DNA of 64,000 bases, taken from contig JBMNEH010000001.1 in assembly GCA_050948665.1 (NCBI GenBank), forward strand, positions 1,979,813-2,043,812. Direction: 5' to 3'. The DNA is from Christensenellales bacterium (lineage in GTDB: Bacteria; Bacillota; Clostridia; Christensenellales; UMGS416). The translations under genes were made by a program, and so were the position numbers. Positions 52,931 through 61,379 of the stretch are shown piece by piece; position 1 is the stretch's first letter; every line of letters starts with the position of its first letter. The notes under the pieces are model-generated. The model was not told where the DNA came from. It did no database searches and saw only the letters and a list, made by a program, of their open reading frames with translations.

Positions 52931-54141
52931 CGCGCAAATGCCTCCACTTCTTCTTTTGCGATACGGACCCATTCCGGAATGCGCCGGGCGTCATATTGTA
53001 CGGTATGCACGTCTTTCATAATGAACTCCACATTGCAGCCCCGGGAGGCCTCCAGCGTTGTCCGGATATCCTGCCGTATCTCCTCCTCATGGAAACGCAC
53101 CGCGATCATCGCGGGGTTGGGCTTCCGGGAGAATACCGCCCTGCCCCGGAGAAATTCCCCCATGATCTCCTGTTCGCACCAAGGTGAAACCGAGACCCGT
53201 CCCAGGCGGGGGATCCGCTCTATCAGCCGGATACGCTGATGCACCCCCTCACAGCAGCCGTAGCAATTCAAACCGAAGCCCTGCAGCAGTTCCAGCTCAT
53301 AGGGAAAGACCAGATGTCCGTACATACGGGGGGATACCCCCACCGTTTCCTGAGACTCGGAAAAGCCCCAGCAGCTCATCTGCCCCTCCCCTTCCAGCCG
53401 ATGGGTATAGGCGATCCCTCCGGAACCCGTGTACCCGTCCCGGCGGTTGGGTGCCCACAGCCCCTCCCGCGTCATCATATCCAGGAAATTCTGCCCGTCC
53501 CGGCGGAGCAGCTCCATCAGCGCCTCCACCCCCTCTGGGTCATCCACCATCTGCACCATCATCCCCTCCAGGCCGATAAGCTGGATCGCCCACCGGGTCA
53601 GCCCCATGCTCCAGCAGGGCAGCTGGGGATCCTGCCGCACCTCCAGTATGTCGCCGAGGGTGTCGGCGGCATAGGCCGTTTCTCTCTCAAACGCCGCCCG
53701 ATCAAAGGTATAGCGCCGGGGATGGATCCGGGTCAGCTCCTCCTCACCCAGATTTTTCAGCGGCGGCGTCCAGGTATAGCTGCCCCTGTTTTCCCCGTAG
53801 GTTTTCGGGATATTCACTCCGAATCCGTCATCGGAAATAGGCAGCCCGATATACAGCGCCGGGTCAAAGGCGGAATCATCCCGAAACACCCGGATCCTGT
53901 ACAAATTCCTGCGGAGCTGCAGCTCCCATTTCCGGGCATAGGGATCTTCGCACCGAAGATCCTTATCGCCCACCAGCTCGTCAAAGGAGCCCTCCGGGAA
54001 GCAGACCACCAGGGGTTTCCCCGTCTGCAGGTCATTATGCCGGTACCACGCGGCCCGCAGTTCCTCCATTTCCCGGGTATCCGTCAGCTCCCGGAACTCC
54101 GCGGCGAGGCCCCGCAATATTTCCCTCTCCCTATTCAGCAA
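52927..54141 (-). CDS. Conserved hypothetical, URO-D-like TIM-barrel family (paralog B)
   Basis: WGFSESQETVGVSPRMYGHLVFPYELELLQGFGLNCYGCCEGV... aligns with WGFLESQETTAVSPSAFGEFVFPYQDRLARRYGLLSYGCCERV... of paralog A. Confidence 0.5.
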   Translation of the reverse strand: MLNREREILRGLAAEFRELTDTREMEELRAAWYRHNDLQTGKPLVVCFPEGSFDELVGDKDLRCEDPYARKWELQLRRNLYRIRVFRDDSAFDPALYIGLPISDDGFGVNIPKTYGENRGSYTWTPPLKNLGEEELTRIHPRRYTFDRAAFERETAYAADTLGDILEVRQDPQLPCWSMGLTRWAIQLIGLEGMMVQMVDDPEGVEALMELLRRDGQNFLDMMTREGLWAPNRRDGYTGSGGIAYTHRLEGEGQMSCWGFSESQETVGVSPRMYGHLVFPYELELLQGFGLNCYGCCEGVHQRIRLIERIPRLGRVSVSPWCEQEIMGEFLRGRAVFSRKPNPAMIAVRFHEEEIRQDIRTTLEASRGCNVEFIMKDVHTVQYDARRIPEWVRIAKEEVEAFAR

Positions 54142-54316
54142 AGCGCACCTCCGCCCGAATTATGTCAACTGTACCATGGAGTATACCACAGCCGCTCCGG
54201 AAATTAAAGCCGAATACGAAACCGGAAGCGCTGCTCCTTCCCATACGCGGCAACGGCGTGAAAGAGGCCCTCAATTTCCCGGGATACCGCCCGGAAAGAT
54301 TTTCGCAAACCATAAA

Positions 54317-54345
54317 TGGACAAAAACATATGACCGTGCTATGAT
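54317..54345 (+). promoter_or_regulatory. Candidate promoter of the membrane-protein gene
   Basis: TGGACA (54317-54322), a 17-nt spacer, then TATGAT (54340-54345). Confidence 0.4.
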
Positions 54346-54375
54346 AAACACACTCTTTCGTTGCGAGGTGATTCC

Positions 54376-56289
54376 ATGGGCGGCGCGATCCTTTGTGTCT
54401 ATATGGCGGCAGGGGGCTGGGTATGCTGGAAGCGGCGGCTCCACCCCAGTCCGATTCTTTCCGCCTGGCTGGGCTCCGCTATGGGGCTGGTCGCCATGTG
54501 CTGGCTGCCGGCGGCATTCGCGCTGCTTTTCGGGAAGCTTTCGCTGCTGTGTTCCCTGCTGGGACTGGGGGTCTGGCTGGCCGCCGTGGCGTTGATCACC
54601 TTCCTGCCCAGGCGGGGCCCTTTCCTGCCCGATACGCCTCCTGAAAAGGGGGTACTGCAGCACCTGACGGCCTTCACGCTTCCCCTGCTTGCGCTGACGG
54701 GGGTTTTATTCATTACCCATATTCTGCTTCCCGGAAAGGGCGGTCTTTACGGAGGGCAGTGTACCTACGGCGATCTGTCCATGCATATGGGGATCATTAC
54801 CTCCATCGCCGAGCAGGGCACCTTCCCGCCGATGTATTCCATATTTTACGGAGAGAAGCTAGGATACCCGTTCCTTGTGAATTCTCTTTCCGCTTCCATG
54901 CTGCAGTTGGGAGACAGCCTGCGTTTATCGATCATTTTCCCCAGCATCCTGATGAGCGCCCTGGTTTTCTCCGGTTACTGGCTCTTTGTTTATGACGCCA
55001 CCGGGCGGAAACGGACGGCCACCCTCTCCGGGCTGCTGTTTTTCATAGGCGGAGGACTGGGGTTCTTCTACTTTCTGGACGGTGCGGCGGAAAACCCGTG
55101 GAACTTCACCCGGATCTTCACCGGTTATTATAATATGCCCACCAACTTTCTGGATTGGGACCTGCGGTGGGTGAATGTCATTGCGGATATGATGATCCCC
55201 CAGCGCACGACTCTGCTGGGCTGGGCCGTGCTGCCGGCGGGTCTCGTCCTGCTGCGCTCCGCCGTGCGGAGCAACGATCGTTTGCGTTACCTTCTTTCCG
55301 GTCTGCTCATCGGTTCCATGCCCATGATGCACACTCACAGCTTTGTGGCCGCAGGCTTCATCGGTATCGGCTGGGCCCTGACGGAATGGCCCTGGCGGCA
55401 GGGACTGCGGGCCTGGGGCCGTCGGGCAGCGGACTGGCTGGCTTTCCTGCTGCCCTGCGCCCTACTGGCGGTGCCTCAACTGCTTGTCTGGATTTTTCCC
55501 CAAAGCAGCCATGAAGGCTTCATTCGCCTCTCGGTCGACTGGGTCAATACCCGGGATCCCTCCCCCTGGTTCTGGGTAAAGAATCTGGGGATCCCCATCG
55601 TACTGCTGGCTCCCGCTCTCTATGCCGGCGGCAATCGCGTATGGAAGTGGTACTCAGGCGCGGCGGCGCTCTGGCTGGTTTCCATGCTGGTAGCTTTCCA
55701 ACCGAATCCCTATGACAATAACAAGCTGCTCCTTGTGTGGTGGATGCTGTCGGTGGTTCCGGTAGCCGCTTATATGGGGATCATCTGGGACAGGCTGAAG
55801 TCGCTGCCCGGCCGCGCCTGGCTGGCTGCCGCCGTCTCCGTCCTGCTCTTTACCAGCGGCCTGCTGACGCTGGCGCGGGAACTTGTTTCCGGCGGGCAGT
55901 ATTTGCTGTACGGCAATGATTATGTGGCCGCCTCCGAGTATGTAAAGGAGCATACCGAGCCGGATGCTTTGTTTATCACCGGCAAACAGCACCTGAATCC
56001 CATCGCCGCGCTGGCCGGAAGGAATATCTGGGTGGGCAGTCCCAGCTATCTCTATTACCACGGGTTTGATACGGAGGCGCGCAACGATCAGGTGACCGCC
56101 ATCTATACCGACACCGAAACCGCGCTGACCCTTCCCGCGGAACTGGGCGCCTCCTATATTCTGGTGACCGATTATGAAAGAGGGAATTATCCCGGCTGCG
56201 ATGACCGCCTGCGCGAATGCTACCCCGTGTTCTTTCGGCAGGGAAGCGTTACCATCTATTCCGTGACCGGCAGCCCTCCGGTGAAGTAA
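54376..56289 (+). CDS. Polytopic membrane protein, possibly a GT-C-fold glycosyltransferase (PMT_2/ArnT-like)
   Basis: More than 10 predicted TM helices and a C-terminal soluble-looking domain. The start is set at the ATG at 54376 behind GAGGTG. The family assignment is by overall architecture only. Confidence 0.35.
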   Translation: MGGAILCVYMAAGGWVCWKRRLHPSPILSAWLGSAMGLVAMCWLPAAFALLFGKLSLLCSLLGLGVWLAAVALITFLPRRGPFLPDTPPEKGVLQHLTAFTLPLLALTGVLFITHILLPGKGGLYGGQCTYGDLSMHMGIITSIAEQGTFPPMYSIFYGEKLGYPFLVNSLSASMLQLGDSLRLSIIFPSILMSALVFSGYWLFVYDATGRKRTATLSGLLFFIGGGLGFFYFLDGAAENPWNFTRIFTGYYNMPTNFLDWDLRWVNVIADMMIPQRTTLLGWAVLPAGLVLLRSAVRSNDRLRYLLSGLLIGSMPMMHTHSFVAAGFIGIGWALTEWPWRQGLRAWGRRAADWLAFLLPCALLAVPQLLVWIFPQSSHEGFIRLSVDWVNTRDPSPWFWVKNLGIPIVLLAPALYAGGNRVWKWYSGAAALWLVSMLVAFQPNPYDNNKLLLVWWMLSVVPVAAYMGIIWDRLKSLPGRAWLAAAVSVLLFTSGLLTLARELVSGGQYLLYGNDYVAASEYVKEHTEPDALFITGKQHLNPIAALAGRNIWVGSPSYLYYHGFDTEARNDQVTAIYTDTETALTLPAELGASYILVTDYERGNYPGCDDRLRECYPVFFRQGSVTIYSVTGSPPVK

Positions 56290-56372
56290 AAACCCGCCGG
56301 GGTATTGCAATTCCCGCCGTCATGGGTTATAATGACCATCGGCCTTGCAGGGATCACATTCCTGCCCCGCCC

Positions 56373-56465
56373 GGAGAAGTCGCCTAGTTTGGTCGAGGGC
56401 GCACGACTGGAAATCGTGTAACCGTCAAAAGCGGTTCGAGAGTTCGAATCTCTCCTTCTCCGCCA
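56373..56465 (+). tRNA. tRNA-Ser (anticodon GGA)
   Basis: 93 nt: GGAGAAG/CTTCTCC acceptor stem, CACGA-CTGGAAA-TCGTG anticodon arm, long variable arm (ACCG-TCAAAAG-CGGT), TTCGAAT T loop, encoded CCA. Confidence 0.9.
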
Positions 56466-56468
56466 AAT

Positions 56469-56508
56469 AAGGCAGCAGACTTTGATAGAAAGTCTGCTGC
56501 CTTTTATT
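56469..56508 (+). terminator. Rho-independent terminator after tRNA-Ser
   Basis: aaggcagcagacttt / aaagtctgctgcctt, a 15-bp stem, followed by TTATT. Confidence 0.7.
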
Positions 56509-56647
56509 GTGCTCAAAACTGCTTCAAACACTTGAAAACAGGCGTTCTTTATCGTTTTTGAATCATATTGTCTGTGAAACAACCCGCCCCGGGGTCATTT
56601 CCAGGACCGGTTTTTCTTGTTTTGGGGGTCGCGGCGGACTTTCTCAA

Positions 56648-56723
56648 AAGTAAAAGTTTGCTTTGTGGGGTTATCGTTTGCTTTTTAAGTAAAGGTTTGC
56701 TTTGTGGGATTATCGTTTGCTTT
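56648..56723. repeat. Two tandem 37-bp direct repeats (period 39 bp), each containing GTTTGCTTT twice
   Basis: aagtaaaagtttgctttgtggggttatcgtttgcttt (56648-56684) and aagtaaaggtttgctttgtgggattatcgtttgcttt (56687-56723), with 35/37 identical. A fifth, related ttgctttgct lies near 56787. Confidence 0.8.
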
Positions 56724-56823
56724 GTGTAATTTCGTTATTAGCCTAATTGATTTTTTTATATTCTGCGTGTCATTGGTAAGTAAAATTGCTTTGCTATTGG
56801 AATTTTCACGCACATACTTATAC

Positions 56824-56985
56824 TCATCGTACAATGATATGTTTGCACATGCTGGTCTTTCCACATTCCAGACAGGTCAGTCTGCGTTTTGTAAACGTAT
56901 GATAGGCTTTCACATAGTCTTTCATCTTAGGAATAAAGAGATGTCCGCAATTCGGACATTTGAAATATCCTACGTTGATCTCCAT
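56824..56985 (-). CDS. Small zinc-ribbon protein (53 aa), possibly the detached C-terminus of a frameshifted TM + Zn-ribbon gene (56824..57188)
   Basis: MEINVGYFKCPNCGHLFIPKMKDYVKAYHTFTKRRLTCLECGKTSMCKHIIVR (CxxC...CxxC), below the ORF-track cutoff. The adjacent 72-aa ORF 56970..57188 encodes two TM helices in another frame. Confidence 0.35.
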   Translation of the reverse strand: MEINVGYFKCPNCGHLFIPKMKDYVKAYHTFTKRRLTCLECGKTSMCKHIIVR

Positions 56986-57246
56986 CGTAACTGCTGTTCC
57001 CGTACCTGCAACGCAGTAATTGCGGCAAAAGCAATCAGCAGGATTCTAACCGCCGTAGGCATTTCGATATGCGTTGCGATTACCACAAGCGTACATACCG
57101 TAATGATGGTAATATAATGCCGCACATAATAGATTGAAGCATTCTTTTTTTGTTCTTTCTGTTTTCTTCCTGAAGGTGAAGTAAACAAAAAAACGGAACA
57201 AATATGTCAAAATGTATAAAACAGGAAAAGGAATAAGAAATATACG

Positions 57247-57275
57247 TTGACAAAGTGTAAATAACAGAGTATATT
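57247..57275 (+). promoter_or_regulatory. Candidate promoter of the CUT2 ABC operon
   Basis: TTGACA (57247-57252), a 17-nt spacer, then TATATT (57270-57275). This leaves an AT-rich leader of about 200 nt. Confidence 0.45.
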
Positions 57276-57479
57276 AACTATTTAGTAGCATAATTTCATA
57301 ATTTAATTATTAGCAACAATTATTAATAACTTATAATAACTTGTTCCAATTTAAGAAAAAGCTGCAGCAAATTGAATGCATAAATTCAGGGGTCATTTAT
57401 CATGAAGTAATTGGCGTTTTGCTAACGTACAAACACAACGCAGCATGGATCCAAATCCTAAGGATTGCGAGGTTTGAAG

Positions 57480-58991
57480 ATGGAAAATGAACGGATTTTA
57501 TCGGCACGCAAAGTATGTAAAGCCTTTGGTCCAACACGCGCGCTGATTGATGTGGATGTAGAAGTCCGCAAGGGCGAAATCCGTGGCTTGATCGGTGAGA
57601 ACGGCTCCGGGAAATCTACCTTTTGTTCGATTGTGGCCGGCGCTCTGGAAAAGGACAGCGGCGAACTGGAACTCTATGGCAAAAAGTATGAACCCAAGAG
57701 CATGGTGGATGCCCAGAACCATGGAATAGCCATGATCGTGCAGGAAGCCGCAACGCTCCCGGGATTGGATGTTGCATCAAACATTTTTGCCGGCCGTTTA
57801 GAGCAATACGCAAAACTGGGTTTTGTAAACTGGAAAAAAATCTACGCAGAAGCTGACCGTATTCTGGAAGAGATCGGCGTCCCCGAGATTAAGGGCAGAA
57901 TGATCATCGAACAGTTGAACTTCGAGGACCGCAAGATTGTAGAAATCGCGCGCGCCATGGTCTGCGATCCTGATATTCTGATTATCGACGAGACCACCAC
58001 CGCCCTGGCCACCAAGGGACGCCGATTGATTTATGATTTAATCAACCGGATGCACGAGCAAAACAAGGCGGTGCTCTTCATCTCCCATGACCTGGACGAG
58101 CTGATGGAGCGCTGCAACACTATCACCGTGCTCCGTGACGGCCTGATCATTGATACCCTGGACCGTGAGAATATGTCCGTTGAGCGAATGCGCTCTTTAA
58201 TGATCGGCCGTGAGCTTCAGGGCGATTATTACCGTCCCGATTATGACGGCACCAGCTCTGACGATGTATTGCTGAAAGCAGAGCACGTGAGCCTGCGTCC
58301 GTACTTCAAAAATATTGATGTCGCCCTGCACAAGGGCGAGATCCTTGGCTTCGGCGGTTTAGCCAACTGCGGTATGCACGAACTTGGCCGACTGCTCTTC
58401 GGCTTGGAAAAGAGCTTGACCGGTAAAGTCACGCTCTATAAAGACGGTAAGGAGATCAAGATCACCAGCGCCTCTGTGGCTGTGGATAACGGTGTGGCTT
58501 ACGTTTCCAAGGACCGTGATAAAGAATCCATCATCCTGAGCGCCAGCGTCAAGAACAATATTGTGATGCCGGCTTTGAAGAAGCTTTCTAAGTTCCTCGG
58601 CTGCATTACACCTAAGTCGGAGAAGAAACTGGCCAATGAGCAGATTAAGGTTATGAGCATTAAGTGCCGCAACTGCAACCAGCTTGTTAAGGAACTGTCC
58701 GGCGGCAACAAGCAGAAAGTCGTCTTCGCCAAGTGGCTGGGTACGGATACGGATATTTTCATTTTAGATTGTCCTACCCGCGGTATTGACGTGGGAGTCA
58801 AGGCCGACATGTACAAGCTCATGATGGATCTGAAAAAGCAGGGCAAAGGCATCATTATGATCTCTGAAGAACTGCTGGAACTCATAGGTATGAGTGACCG
58901 TATAATGATTTTCAAGGATGGAAAGTTGGCAAAGGAATTTATGCGCAGCGCCGATCTGAAAGAGAAGGACATCATCGAATATATTATCTAA
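57480..58991 (+). CDS. Sugar ABC transporter ATP-binding protein (CUT2, duplicated ABC domains, RbsA/MglA-like)
   Basis: Walker A GENGSGKST, signature and Walker B ILIIDETT, and a second domain with LSGGNKQKVVFAKWL and IFILDCPTRGIDV. Confidence 0.9.
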   Translation: MENERILSARKVCKAFGPTRALIDVDVEVRKGEIRGLIGENGSGKSTFCSIVAGALEKDSGELELYGKKYEPKSMVDAQNHGIAMIVQEAATLPGLDVASNIFAGRLEQYAKLGFVNWKKIYAEADRILEEIGVPEIKGRMIIEQLNFEDRKIVEIARAMVCDPDILIIDETTTALATKGRRLIYDLINRMHEQNKAVLFISHDLDELMERCNTITVLRDGLIIDTLDRENMSVERMRSLMIGRELQGDYYRPDYDGTSSDDVLLKAEHVSLRPYFKNIDVALHKGEILGFGGLANCGMHELGRLLFGLEKSLTGKVTLYKDGKEIKITSASVAVDNGVAYVSKDRDKESIILSASVKNNIVMPALKKLSKFLGCITPKSEKKLANEQIKVMSIKCRNCNQLVKELSGGNKQKVVFAKWLGTDTDIFILDCPTRGIDVGVKADMYKLMMDLKKQGKGIIMISEELLELIGMSDRIMIFKDGKLAKEFMRSADLKEKDIIEYII

Positions 58992-59013
58992 GGAAGGGGA
59001 GGATATAGCCACT

Positions 59014-60003
59014 ATGGATAAAAGCAGCGCCGAAAACCTGCAGATCCAAGCAAGACTGGATAAGCAGGCCGCCAGAAAGCAATTATTTGACAAATTTGTC
59101 CCTTATCTGGGTCTTGCGTTTCTGTTTGCTTTGTTTGCGATTGTGACCAAGGGTCTGTTCATTCAGGCTGAAAACCTGAAAAACATGGTGGAACAGTGCT
59201 TTACCATGTGCTTGGTCGCTACCGGCGCGGCATTCGTCTATGCCCAAGGCAACATGGACTTCTCCATTGGCTCCGCCTGTGGTGTTGCCCAGATGGCCGG
59301 CGGCATGCTGATGATCAAGCTGGGCGTACCAATGCCTCTGGCAATGGCTGTCACGCTGCTTATCCCTGTGCTGACTTGCTGCCTGGTCTCCCTGATTTCT
59401 GTGGTCTTCAAGGTGCCGGTGTTCATCGGTTCCATGTGTGTCCGCGCACTGCTTGCAGGTTTGCTGACCATCGGTGTTTCCCGTAATGAGATCCGTATTC
59501 CCATTGGCGACTATCCCATCATGACCAACAACTTGTTCAAGGGACTTATCCTGTTGGCAGTGATTGGTGTGGGTGTATATCTGTTCCACTTTACCCGCAT
59601 GGGCAAGCAGGCCAAGGCTATCGGCGGCAATAAGAACACCGCCATCCAGGCCGGCATCAAGGTGGTCAAGCAGCAGTTCCTGGCCTACATTATGTTGGGT
59701 CTGTGTGTAGGTATTGCTGCTATCTTCCAGATGTACCGTTCCTCCATTATCAATATGAGCTCCGGCAGCGGTATTGAGTTTAACATCATGCTGGCTGTGG
59801 TTCTGGGTGGCTTCCCCCTGACCGGGGGCGACAAGGCCACCTTGCCCGCAGCTATCATCGGCGCCATCAGCGCGACCCTACTGGTCAACGGCCTTGCTAT
59901 GTGGGGCCTGGACCCCAACGTCCTTAATGGTGTCAAGGGTCTGATCTTCATCGTGATGATCGGTTTGAGTTATGACCGCAGCGCTGGTAAACTGATCAGC
60001 TGA
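59014..60003 (+). CDS. CUT2 sugar ABC transporter permease (RbsC-like)
   Basis: About 10 TM segments. The GGNKNTAIQAGIKV motif is typical of the RbsC/BPD_transp_2 family. Confidence 0.85.
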   Translation: MDKSSAENLQIQARLDKQAARKQLFDKFVPYLGLAFLFALFAIVTKGLFIQAENLKNMVEQCFTMCLVATGAAFVYAQGNMDFSIGSACGVAQMAGGMLMIKLGVPMPLAMAVTLLIPVLTCCLVSLISVVFKVPVFIGSMCVRALLAGLLTIGVSRNEIRIPIGDYPIMTNNLFKGLILLAVIGVGVYLFHFTRMGKQAKAIGGNKNTAIQAGIKVVKQQFLAYIMLGLCVGIAAIFQMYRSSIINMSSGSGIEFNIMLAVVLGGFPLTGGDKATLPAAIIGAISATLLVNGLAMWGLDPNVLNGVKGLIFIVMIGLSYDRSAGKLIS

Positions 60004-60079
60004 CAACAGAAGGCAATAATTATATATTTTCCGCAGCGTTTGCTGCCGGAATACAACAAATTAGAAAGGAAACGAAAAA

Positions 60080-61291
60080 ATGAAAAAGCTTATTACTCTA
60101 CTTTTGGCGTTGGCCCTGTTTGTTGGCCTGGTGGCCTGTAACCAGAAACCCGTTGATACCCCCAATGATGATGCTGCGGTCAGCGAGGCCGGTGCTTCTG
60201 GCGGAACCTCCGTGGATGAGGGTGGTAAAGTTACTACCACCTATAAGGATCCCGCGGAAGTGGTTACCGATAAGGAACTGCCTGCCAAGAAGATCCTAGT
60301 CATCTATGCACAGTTCACCGATAAGCTGGGTTCTCAGTTTAAGGCTTCTCTGGAATACCTGGCCGGCCCCCTGAACATTGAGTTCGTCTTCTTGGAGACC
60401 GGTTTCGGCGGTGATGAAGCCCTGACCGCCATTCAGGCCGCTCTGATGAATGACTATGACGGTTGCATCGGCATCGGTGCTGATGAGGCCACCATCAAGT
60501 TATTCAACGATGCTAAGGTCCCCTACATCATTCATAGCGCTCGCCCCGCACAGGATCTGGTTCCCATCGTTTCCAACTACGAGTACTATTTGGGTGCAGT
60601 TGTTGTTGACGACTACATGGCCGGCTATAACATGGCTGACTCCCTGTATCAGCAGGGCTGCCGTAATGTCGGTTGGTTTGGCTTAAACCACGGTTTGTCC
60701 CCCCAGCACGACCAGAGAACCGCCGGTTTCTTGGCAGGTGTCGCTGCTCATGAGGATATGAACCTGATTAACGAAACTTATGACTACAACGCAACTGACG
60801 CTATTGCTATCGCTGCCGCTACTTACCCCGAACTGGATGGCTACGGTTGCACCTTTTTGAACGAGGCTACTTACAACCTGCTGGAGACCGAAGGTCTGGT
60901 CGACCAAATCAAGATCGCCGGTATCGATATCTCCGAGTCCACCGGTAAGTACTTCGAGACTGGGACTCTAGCTTATATCGCCGGTGGTAATTATGTTACC
61001 ATGCAGATTTCTTTCGCAGTTCTGTACAACTACCTGCTGGACGGCACCAAGATGATCCCCGACAGCTCTGAGAACATACAGATAAACAACATCGACATCC
61101 GTACTTCCGAAGAGTTCAAGAACTATATTAAGTACTTGGATTCCGGTGTTCCCGCCTTTACTCCCCAGGAGATCCTGGACATGACCCACTACCAGAATCC
61201 TGAAATGGATGCCGCCGCTATGGAAGCGATCGCAAAGGCTTACACTCTGGAAGATGTCATGAACCGTCACGCTGATCTGCTGATCGATTAA
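60080..61291 (+). CDS. Sugar-binding lipoprotein (periplasmic-binding-protein type I)
   Basis: Signal peptide with the lipobox LVAC|N, then a low-complexity linker and a PBP-I-like fold. Confidence 0.75.
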   Translation: MKKLITLLLALALFVGLVACNQKPVDTPNDDAAVSEAGASGGTSVDEGGKVTTTYKDPAEVVTDKELPAKKILVIYAQFTDKLGSQFKASLEYLAGPLNIEFVFLETGFGGDEALTAIQAALMNDYDGCIGIGADEATIKLFNDAKVPYIIHSARPAQDLVPIVSNYEYYLGAVVVDDYMAGYNMADSLYQQGCRNVGWFGLNHGLSPQHDQRTAGFLAGVAAHEDMNLINETYDYNATDAIAIAAATYPELDGYGCTFLNEATYNLLETEGLVDQIKIAGIDISESTGKYFETGTLAYIAGGNYVTMQISFAVLYNYLLDGTKMIPDSSENIQINNIDIRTSEEFKNYIKYLDSGVPAFTPQEILDMTHYQNPEMDAAAMEAIAKAYTLEDVMNRHADLLID

Positions 61292-61379
61292 TTTGCTCGG
61301 CAACAAGCTACAAAGGTCAAAGGTAATACTGTATAGCGAATTTGATAAGCCGCCTGTTGCGGCCAATGGAGGTGCTCCC

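Noticed and set aside
52389-52994. The ORF track extends the beta-mannosidase ORF to 959 aa, starting at 52994.
   Set aside because: The extra roughly 200 codons overlap the queT gene in another frame and translate to Gly/Arg-rich nonsense. A GGGAGG RBS precedes the internal ATG at 52388, where GH2-like sequence begins.
56648-56723. Tandem repeats as a CRISPR array.
   Set aside because: There are only two copies, separated by 2 nt, so no spacers. No cas genes are present and the repeats are not palindromic. No CRISPR array was seen anywhere in the window.
57280-57479. The AT-rich roughly 200-nt leader of the CUT2 ABC operon as a riboswitch.
   Set aside because: I could not recognise any known riboswitch core or a convincing terminator/antiterminator pair. 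Only a short palindrome (aatcc-taa-ggatt) lies near the RBS. A covariance-model scan is needed before any claim.
61293-61379. Upstream TTG start for the second CUT2 permease, overlapping the end of the SBP gene.
   Set aside because: There is no RBS. The 29 extra residues are hydrophilic and non-conserved-looking. GGAGG lies 7 nt before the TTG at 61380, where the first TM segment begins. This is kept as an uncertainty, not a firm rejection.
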